Source of the DNA: an uncultured Coriobacteriia bacterium
GTDB taxonomy: Bacteria > Actinomycetota > Coriobacteriia > Coriobacteriales > QAMH01
Assembly (NCBI GenBank): GCA_948466335.1
Contig: CAOKAE010000001.1
Span: forward strand, 162,664-226,663
Length of the DNA: 64,000 nt
Direction of reading: 5' to 3'
The notes beneath the pieces are model-generated. The model saw only the letters and a list, made by a program, of their open reading frames with translations, ran no database searches and had not been told where the DNA came from. Shown in pieces: positions 57,670 to 64,000 of the stretch. The stretch's first letter is position 1; every line of letters begins with the position of its first letter. The translations under genes and the position numbers were made by a program.

Positions 57670-60009
57670 ATGAAGATTTTCAAAGGTCAGGGCACTGCCG
57701 ATCTTGGCAAGCCATGGCGCTTCGAAGAAGACGGCCTCACCGTCACCCGTGGTTGTGCATGGTCGCCTCCGGGGTGCCATCCCACCGGATGCGGCATCAA
57801 GACCTATGTGAATTCCGCTGGCGAGCTCGTGCGCGTCGAAGGTGACGAGAACCATCCCATCACCAACGGCCGCCTCTGCGTCCGCTGCCTGACCATTCGC
57901 GATTACGTCTACAACCCCGACCGCGTGCTCTATCCCATGAAGCGCGCCCGCGAGGACCGCGGCAAGAACAAGTGGGAGCGCATCACCTGGGACGAGGCCT
58001 ACGACACCATCGCCGAGAAGGTCAAGTACTTCAAGGACAAGTACGGCGCCGAGTCCATCCTGGTCATGGGTGGTACCGGTCGCGAGGGTGGCCCCATGCT
58101 TCCGGCCTACGCCCATGCATGCCTGGGTACTCCCAACGCCTGCTACACGCAGTCTGGCTACTCCTGCTACATCCCGCGCGTCGCGGGTACCACCTACGTC
58201 ATGGGCGCCACCTATCCCGAGATGGACTACGCGGGCGGCCTGCCCGGACGCTATGACGACCCGATGTTCAAGCTTCCCGAGCTCATCGTGTTCTGGGGCA
58301 AGGAGCCCCTGCCGTCCAACGGTGACGGCCTGTTCGGTCATGCCGCCATCGACATGATGCGCCGCGGAAGCAAGCTCATGTCCATCGACCCGCGCGTCAA
58401 CTGGGTATCGACCCGTGCCGACTGGCACCTGCGCCTGCGCCCCGGCACCGACGCCGCCCTCGGCATGGCCATGCTCAACGTGATCATCGAGGAGGACCTC
58501 TACGATCACGACTTCGTCGACAAGTGGTGCTACGGCTTCGACCAGCTCGCCGAGCGCGTCAAGACCATGCCCGCCGAGAAGGCCGCCGAGATTTGCGGTC
58601 TCGACGCCGGCGAGATCCGCGAGGCCGCCCGCGTCTACGCCGCGGCCAAGCCCGCCCAGATTGCCTGGGGTCTGGCCATCGACCAGAAGTCCAACGGCGT
58701 CCAGGCCGGTCACTGCATCATGGCCCTCGAGGCCATCACGGGCAACATCGACGTGCCCGGTGGTCAGCTCATCGGTGACGTCAACGACGGTCTTGAGCTC
58801 GGCTTTGGCTGGAACAACCTCGGCCCGGAGCTCCAGAGCAAGATCCTCGGCATCAAGGAGTACCCGGCCTACGTCGGCCTCGTCCTCAACGCGCAGTGCG
58901 ACATGGTGCTCGACGCGCTCGAGGCGGGCGACGACGCCAAGTACTACCCGTTCAAGATGGGCGTCTTCGAGGACACGAACTTCCTGGCTGGCACCTGCGC
59001 CGCCCAGCCCAAGCGCTGGCATGACGCCATGGTCAAGAACCTCGAGTGGTGCTTCGGCATCGACGTGTGGATGACCCCGACGATCCAGGCTACCTGCGAG
59101 ATCTTCCTCCCGCTGTCCTCGACCGTCGAGCATGACACCGTCGTGTACACGCACTACGGCGCATCTCCGATCATGGCCGGCGCCGTCAACAAGTCCATCA
59201 CCGTGGGCGATTGCAAAGGCGACTGCGAGATCTTCTACGAGCTCGGCCTGCGCTGCATGCCCATCAACTTCGAGAAGTACAAGGACTACTACGACTTCCT
59301 GGCCGACTATCGCCTCGCCTACAAGAGGACCTTCGAGGAGCTGCGCGAGGAGGTCGTGCACCAGAAGACCGAGATGTGCGGCTACTACAAGTACGAGTCC
59401 GGCCGCCTGCGTCCCGACGGCATGCCCGGCTTCAACACGCCCACCGGCCGCGTCGAGCTCTACTCGACGATGTTCCGCCAGTTCGGCGAGGATCCGCTGC
59501 CGTACTACGAGGAGCCGCAGTTCTCGCCGGTCTCCACGCCCGACAAGATGGAGGAGTATCCCTTCGTCCTCACCACGGGTGCCCGCACCTACTGCTACTT
59601 CCATTCGGAGGGAAAGCAGATCCCGTACCTGCGCGAGATGAATCCCGATCCGCTGATCGAGATCAATCCCGAGGACGCCCTCAAGCACGGCATCGCCGAC
59701 GGCCAGTGGGTCGAGGTCGCCAGCCCCTTTGGCAAGTGCGTCCTGAAGGCCAAGGCCTCCCAGATTGTGAAGCCGGGCGTCGTGCACGCACAGCACGGCT
59801 TCTGGTTCCCCGAGAAGGATCCCGAGGAGCCCAGCCTGTACGAGGTGTGGCGTTCCAACATCAACGAGCTCATCCCTCACTTCATGGTGGGCAAGCTCGG
59901 ATTCGGCGCGCCGTTCAAGTGCCTCATCTGCAGCGTGAAGCCGGTGTCGGAGAACTACGACACCGACATGATGGAGGTTTGGGACCACTTCGGAAAGTTG
60001 GTGATCTAG
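57670..60009 (+). CDS. Molybdopterin (bis-MGD) oxidoreductase, acetylene-hydratase-like / catechol-dehydroxylase-like branch, no Tat signal
   Basis: ATG 57670 follows a purine-rich RBS. 779 aa. N-terminal Fe-S Cys cluster GCAWSPPGCHPTGCG...GRLCVRC. MopB-type core (ILVMGGTGREGG, IDPRVNW, LRPGTDAAL). C-terminal TPTGRVELYS..F...GEDPLPYYEEP...EYPFVLTTGAR...NPDPLIEINPEDA. No twin-arginine leader. Confidence 0.85.
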   Translation: MKIFKGQGTADLGKPWRFEEDGLTVTRGCAWSPPGCHPTGCGIKTYVNSAGELVRVEGDENHPITNGRLCVRCLTIRDYVYNPDRVLYPMKRAREDRGKNKWERITWDEAYDTIAEKVKYFKDKYGAESILVMGGTGREGGPMLPAYAHACLGTPNACYTQSGYSCYIPRVAGTTYVMGATYPEMDYAGGLPGRYDDPMFKLPELIVFWGKEPLPSNGDGLFGHAAIDMMRRGSKLMSIDPRVNWVSTRADWHLRLRPGTDAALGMAMLNVIIEEDLYDHDFVDKWCYGFDQLAERVKTMPAEKAAEICGLDAGEIREAARVYAAAKPAQIAWGLAIDQKSNGVQAGHCIMALEAITGNIDVPGGQLIGDVNDGLELGFGWNNLGPELQSKILGIKEYPAYVGLVLNAQCDMVLDALEAGDDAKYYPFKMGVFEDTNFLAGTCAAQPKRWHDAMVKNLEWCFGIDVWMTPTIQATCEIFLPLSSTVEHDTVVYTHYGASPIMAGAVNKSITVGDCKGDCEIFYELGLRCMPINFEKYKDYYDFLADYRLAYKRTFEELREEVVHQKTEMCGYYKYESGRLRPDGMPGFNTPTGRVELYSTMFRQFGEDPLPYYEEPQFSPVSTPDKMEEYPFVLTTGARTYCYFHSEGKQIPYLREMNPDPLIEINPEDALKHGIADGQWVEVASPFGKCVLKAKASQIVKPGVVHAQHGFWFPEKDPEEPSLYEVWRSNINELIPHFMVGKLGFGAPFKCLICSVKPVSENYDTDMMEVWDHFGKLVI

Positions 60010-60357
60010 ATGACGGCCTACGGTCTGCTTATCGATTACGAGTTCTGCACGGGCTGCCAGTCTTGCGAGGTCGCGTGCAAGGAGATTCACAACATCCCCG
60101 TGGGGCAGTGGGGCATCCGCGTGCTTGACGATGGTCCCTGGGAGTGCTCGGACGGCAAGTTCAACTGGAACAAGATTCCGACCCCGACCCGCCTGTGCGA
60201 CCTGTGCGTGGAGCGCACGGACAAGGGCCAGCAGCCCTTCTGCGTGCATCACTGCCTGGCCGGCGTCATGCAGTGGGGCACGGTCGAGGACCTTGCCAAG
60301 GAGCTCGAGGAGAAGCCCAACCAGGTGCTCTTCGTGCCCAAGCCCTACCAGTACTAG
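60010..60357 (+). CDS. Small 4Fe-4S cluster protein (electron-transfer subunit)
   Basis: The ATG abuts the upstream TAG. 115 aa with CTGCQSCEVACK and CDLCVERTDKGQQPFCVHHC Cys motifs. Confidence 0.75.
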   Translation: MTAYGLLIDYEFCTGCQSCEVACKEIHNIPVGQWGIRVLDDGPWECSDGKFNWNKIPTPTRLCDLCVERTDKGQQPFCVHHCLAGVMQWGTVEDLAKELEEKPNQVLFVPKPYQY

Positions 60358-60399
60358 CGGGAAGACGGCGTCTCGACCGAGGCGCGCGGGTGATAGGCG

Positions 60400-60521
60400 G
60401 GGGACAGACCCTCACGCATCACGAACGTCGCGGTTGGCAAGAAGGGGACAGACCCTTTCGTAAGAAGGCGGGGGACAGACCCCTTCGCGCCAACCGCAGG
60501 TGAGAAAGAGGGGACAGACCC
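60400..60521 (+). repeat. REP-like array, 4 forward copies between the Fe-S and chaperone genes
   Basis: Cores at 60400-60411, 60444-60455, 60471-60482 and 60510-60521. The 22-mer gataggcgggggacagaccctc (60392-60413) is identical to 44109-44130. The 22-mer ggggacagaccctcacgcatca (60400-60421) is identical to 55292-55313. Confidence 0.9.
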
Positions 60522-60560
60522 CCACGCGTCATCCGCGAAGCGAGCGAGGACGGAATTTCG

Positions 60561-61268
60561 ATGGACCAGCAGGCTCTGATGCAGCAAACCGAAGACAGGT
60601 GCGACAACTACGCGATGCTCTCGCGCCTGTTCAGAAGCGAGCTCGATCGCGAGCTCATCGCCGATCTCGTCGAAAGTCCGGCCGCTGAGCCGACGGGCAA
60701 CACGCTCTTCGACTCGGGCTACGCACGCCTGCGTTCGTACCTTGACGCCGTCGACGATCTCGATCGTGCCAAGTCGGCGCTTGCGATTGACTACTGCCTC
60801 GCGTTCCTCGGCTACGGGGTCGACCCCGAGAAGGCGGACGAGGCCGGCAGGAATGCCGCCTATCCGTACGAGTCGATCTACCGCACGGGCGCCAAGTCTC
60901 TCGGCGGCGACCACTGCGCCGAGGTCTCCGACGTGTTCCGCTCCTGCATGTTCATGCCCACCCGCGACCGCCTCATCGCCGAGGACCACATCGCGTGCGA
61001 GCTCGAGTTCATGCAGTTCATGGCCAACAGCGAGCTCGTCGCCCTGCGCGATGGCGAGCTTGCGGCCGTGCGTGGCACGCAGAAGAAGGAACTCGAGTTC
61101 CTGGAGGGCCATATGCTCGCGTGGACGGAGAGCTTCAGGCAGGCGGTGGAGCAGTTCGCCGAGACGGACTTCTACATCGGTCTGCTCGAAATGACGCAGG
61201 GTTGGCTCGAACTGGACGCGGAATACCTGCGCGAGGCATGCGCGGGCGAGGGGGAGGATGCATCATGA
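60561..61268 (+). CDS. TorD/DmsD-family redox-enzyme maturation chaperone
   Basis: 235 aa, helical. N-terminus YAMLSRLFRSELD, then AAYPYESIYRTG (a YESVY-like motif of the family). It lies next to molybdoenzyme genes. Confidence 0.7.
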   Translation: MDQQALMQQTEDRCDNYAMLSRLFRSELDRELIADLVESPAAEPTGNTLFDSGYARLRSYLDAVDDLDRAKSALAIDYCLAFLGYGVDPEKADEAGRNAAYPYESIYRTGAKSLGGDHCAEVSDVFRSCMFMPTRDRLIAEDHIACELEFMQFMANSELVALRDGELAAVRGTQKKELEFLEGHMLAWTESFRQAVEQFAETDFYIGLLEMTQGWLELDAEYLREACAGEGEDAS

Positions 61269-61585
61269 CGACCGACCACGGCCCGGACGGGCGCAACTGG
61301 AACAAGAACGAGGTTGAGTATGACCTCGGCGTCGCCGGCCCCGGCCAGAGCATCGTCATAACCATCACCCGTTCCGTCGCGGTCAAGATCATGGACCACG
61401 ACAGCTACGAGCTCTACAAGGCGGGCGAGGACTGCAAGGCCTTCTCGGGCCAGCTCACCTCGTCGCCGTACCGGTTCAAGCTGCCGCGCGAGGCACGATG
61501 GCACGTGATCATCAATCCCCACACCTATTCGGGCACCGCCGAATTCAGCGTTCGTCTCATCGACGACGAGGTGCTCGACGGCTAG
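61265..61585 (+). CDS. DUF1883-like small protein
   Basis: ATGA overlap with the chaperone stop. 106 aa. YDLGVAGPGQSIVITITRSVAVKIMDHDSYELYKAGEDCKAFSG...SPYRFKLPREARWHVIINPH..SGTAEFSVRLI matches my recollection of the DUF1883 pattern (YDLG...V.V.L...A.V.LMD..N...Y..G....Y.GG...SP..L.IP..G.WHVV.D). Confidence 0.55.
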   Translation: MTTDHGPDGRNWNKNEVEYDLGVAGPGQSIVITITRSVAVKIMDHDSYELYKAGEDCKAFSGQLTSSPYRFKLPREARWHVIINPHTYSGTAEFSVRLIDDEVLDG

Positions 61586-61595
61586 GGGGAAATCG

Positions 61596-61680
61596 GGGGA
61601 CAGACCCTCGATTGCCGTCGGTGACAAAGAGGGGACAGACCCCCATCGACCACCGCCGGTGACAAGTGGGGGACAGACCC
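61596..61680 (+). repeat. REP-like array, 3 forward copies between the DUF1883-like gene and the second molybdoenzyme
   Basis: Cores at 61596-61607, 61631-61642 (arm gtgacaaaga) and 61669-61680 (arm gtgacaagtg). Confidence 0.9.
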
Positions 61681-61757
61681 CCGGTTCGCAATTTGGTTCG
61701 TACGGCGCGGCCACGAGGAAAGGCCGGGCCGTTAAGAAGGAGAAGGAGAGTGAAGCA

Positions 61758-64000
61758 ATGGAGTTAAGTGATTACAAGCCAGCTCCAGTAGTGAAGCTGG
61801 ACAGCCTTTCCGACGTCAACGACATCGGAAAGCCCTGGCGCTACGAGGACGGCGACTACACCGTCACCCGCACCTGCCCGTGGTCACCCCCGGGATGCCA
61901 TCCGGTCGGCTGCGGCCTCAAGCTCTACGTCAACGAGGACGGTAGACTCGAGCACGTCGAGGGCGATGAGAACCATCCCGTCACCCAGGGCCGCCTGTGC
62001 CCGAGGTGCATCACGCTGAAGGACTACGTCTACAGCCCCGCCCGCATCCTCACCCCGATGAAGCGCGACCGTTCCGAGCGCGGCAACGCCGACGCCTGGG
62101 AGGAGTGCTCCTGGGACGAGGCATTCGCCATCATCAAGGAGAACTACGAGCGCATCGTCGCCGAGTATGGCCCCGAGACCATCATCGGCATGTCCGGTAC
62201 CGGTCGTGAGGGCGGCACCATGTCGCTGTATCCCACGATGGTCTTCGGCACGCCCAACTACTGCTACATGCAGTCCGGCTACGCCTGCTACACCCCGCGT
62301 CTCGCGGCGGCCGCCTACATCACCGGGTCCACCTATTCCGAGTGGGACTACGCCGGTGCTCTGCCCGACCGCTGGGATGACGAGCGTTACACCCTGACCG
62401 AGGTCCTGGTCATGTGGGGCAAGGCTCCGCTCGAGTCCAACCCCGACGGCTTCTTCGGCCATGCGGTCGTCGACGCCATGCGTCGCGGCACGCGCCTCAT
62501 CCAGATCGACCCGCGCGTCAACTGGCTGTCCGCTCGCGCCGACATCTTCATCCAGCTGCGTGCCGGCACGGACACCGCTCTCGCGATGGCCATGCTCGAC
62601 ATCATCATCAAGGAAGACCTCTACGACCACGAGTTCGTCGAGTACTGGTGCTACGGCTTCGAGCAGCTTGCCGAGCGCGTCGCCACGATGCCCGCCGAGA
62701 AGGCCGCCGAGATCTGCCAGGTTCCCGTCGAGAAGATCTACGCCGCGGCTCGCATGTACGCGAAGGCCAAGCCGGCTGCCATCATGTGGGGCCTCGCCGT
62801 TGACCAGAAGACCGACGGCATGCAGAACAGCCAGTGCATCATCGCGCTGCAGGCCATCACCGGCAACTTCGACCGTCCGGGCGGCCAGCTCGTTCCCGGC
62901 GCCGACGCCGGCCACAACGAGCTCGGCTTCGGCTACAAAGAGTGCATCCCCGATGAGCTCTTCCAGAAGATGATCGGCATGGACCAGTACCCCGCGTACT
63001 GCAACATGATCCTCAACTCGCAGTGCGACCTCATGCTCGAGGCCCTCGAGACCGAGAAGCCCTATCCCATCCGCATGGGCTTCTACATGGCCTCCAACCC
63101 GCTGTCGAACACCTCCATGGAGCCGAAGCGCTGGCATGACGCCCTGTGCAAGTCCCTCGAGTTCTGCATCGGCATCGACCTGTTCATGAACGCCTCCATC
63201 CAGGCCACCTGCGACATCTTCCTGCCGATCGCGACCACCGCCGAGCGCGAGGGCACCGTGTTCACGCACTACGCGCCCTGCACCGTCACGGCTGGCTTCA
63301 TGCACAAGGCCGTCGACTGCGGCGGTCTGCCTTCCGACATGGAGCTCGCCTATCGTCTGGGCAAGTACCTGCATCCGGAGCGCTTCTCCAAGTGGGCCAA
63401 CGAGCACGAGCTCGTCGAGGCCTTCCGCCTTGGCGTCGAGAACGGCGGCAAGACCTTTGATGAGGTCTCCAAGTGCGTCGTCGCCCAGGTGCCCATCGAG
63501 TACTACAAGTACGAGAAGGGCTTGCTGCGCCAGGACGGCCAGGTTGGCTTCGCCACCCCGACGGGCCGTGTCGAGCTGTGGTCGACCGCCTACAACCAGT
63601 TCGGCGAGGATCCGCTGCCGTATTACATCGAGCCCGAGTTCAGCCCGGTTTCCAAGCCGGAGCTCGTCGACGAGTATCCGCTCATCCTCACGACCGGTGC
63701 TCGCGTTACCGCGTTCTTCCACTCCGAGAATCGCCAGATTCCCTACACGCGCGAGCTCAACCCCGATCCGCTGCTCGAGATCAACCCCAAGACCGCGCAG
63801 GAGAAGGGCATCGCCGATGGCCAGTGGGTGCGCGTCTGGAACATGTTCGGCGAGGCTCTCATGAAGGCCAAGGTCACGGATGCCGTGGACGAGAAGACCG
63901 TCCATGGTCAGCACGGCTGGTGGTTCCCCGAGCAGGACGGCAGCGAGCCGAACCTCTACGGCACCTTCCGTTCGCAGATCAACAACCTGTGCCCCAACGG
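61758..64000 (+). CDS. Second molybdopterin (bis-MGD) oxidoreductase paralog, 3' end outside window
   Basis: ATG 61758 follows AAGGAGAAGGAGAG. My hand translation gives MELSDYKPAPVVKLDSLSDVNDIGKPWRYEDGDYTVTRTCPWSPPGCHPVGCGLKLYVNEDGRLEHVEGDENHP at the start and ...VHGQHGWWFPEQDGSEPNLYGTFRSQINNLCPN at the window end. Both stretches parallel the 57670 gene. No stop occurs in this frame, which explains its absence from the ORF track. Confidence 0.85.
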   Translation, partial: MELSDYKPAPVVKLDSLSDVNDIGKPWRYEDGDYTVTRTCPWSPPGCHPVGCGLKLYVNEDGRLEHVEGDENHPVTQGRLCPRCITLKDYVYSPARILTPMKRDRSERGNADAWEECSWDEAFAIIKENYERIVAEYGPETIIGMSGTGREGGTMSLYPTMVFGTPNYCYMQSGYACYTPRLAAAAYITGSTYSEWDYAGALPDRWDDERYTLTEVLVMWGKAPLESNPDGFFGHAVVDAMRRGTRLIQIDPRVNWLSARADIFIQLRAGTDTALAMAMLDIIIKEDLYDHEFVEYWCYGFEQLAERVATMPAEKAAEICQVPVEKIYAAARMYAKAKPAAIMWGLAVDQKTDGMQNSQCIIALQAITGNFDRPGGQLVPGADAGHNELGFGYKECIPDELFQKMIGMDQYPAYCNMILNSQCDLMLEALETEKPYPIRMGFYMASNPLSNTSMEPKRWHDALCKSLEFCIGIDLFMNASIQATCDIFLPIATTAEREGTVFTHYAPCTVTAGFMHKAVDCGGLPSDMELAYRLGKYLHPERFSKWANEHELVEAFRLGVENGGKTFDEVSKCVVAQVPIEYYKYEKGLLRQDGQVGFATPTGRVELWSTAYNQFGEDPLPYYIEPEFSPVSKPELVDEYPLILTTGARVTAFFHSENRQIPYTRELNPDPLLEINPKTAQEKGIADGQWVRVWNMFGEALMKAKVTDAVDEKTVHGQHGWWFPEQDGSEPNLYGTFRSQINNLCPN

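Noticed and set aside
60400-60521. Possibility that the short direct-repeat arrays (here and at 44117, 47529, 50825, 55292, 61596) are CRISPR arrays
   Set aside because: The repeats are only about 12-25 nt and the spacing is irregular (27-54 nt). The spacers share sequence with each other, the arrays have 2-4 units, there are no cas genes, and the same motif also occurs singly and inside genes.
49943-63914. Antisense ORFs over tig and the molybdoenzyme genes (49943..50998, 56971..60252, 61884..63914, 60354..61112)
   Set aside because: This is the same shadow-ORF effect. The plus-strand frames carry recognisable trigger-factor, MopB, Fe-S and TorD motifs.

Overview
GC-rich window, almost entirely coded on the plus strand. 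From gene content I infer a Coriobacteriia/Eggerthellaceae-type actinobacterial chromosome. Positions 3-44096 (about two thirds of the window) are one uninterrupted, 5'-truncated ORF of at least 14,697 codons for a giant modular wall-anchored surface protein. It has about 19 BspA/DUF285-type LRR supermodules (with three nested lectin-like inserts), then Listeria-Bacteroides / InlB-B-type repeats, then MucBP-like domains alternating with Flg_new-like units, and ends in a TPRTG sorting signal. The remaining 20 kb carries a DUF2335-like membrane protein, an IS200/RAYT-type HUH Y1 transposase, moeA, a frameshifted larE-like PP-loop gene, a DUF2510 membrane protein, trigger factor, a minus-strand SlyD-like FKBP PPIase with a small acidic upstream ORF, two MFS transporters and a membrane-anchored LuxR regulator. 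It also carries a molybdoenzyme locus: two Tat-less acetylene-hydratase-like bis-MGD oxidoreductase paralogs, a small 4Fe-4S protein, a TorD-like chaperone, a DUF1883-like protein and a small APGAPx-repeat ORF. The most unusual signal is a REP-like element with core GGGGACAGACCC(C/T), often preceded by GTGACAA, that I counted at least 47 times by eye. It forms same-orientation arrays in nearly every intergenic gap right of the giant gene, including inside the molybdoenzyme operon. It is translated in-frame in the last 12 kb of the giant gene and in an MFS transporter loop, and it supplies the C-terminus of the larE-like gene. It also lies in inverted orientation upstream of the RAYT-type transposase gene, which may be its mobilising enzyme. 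I saw no rRNA, tRNA or CRISPR array.
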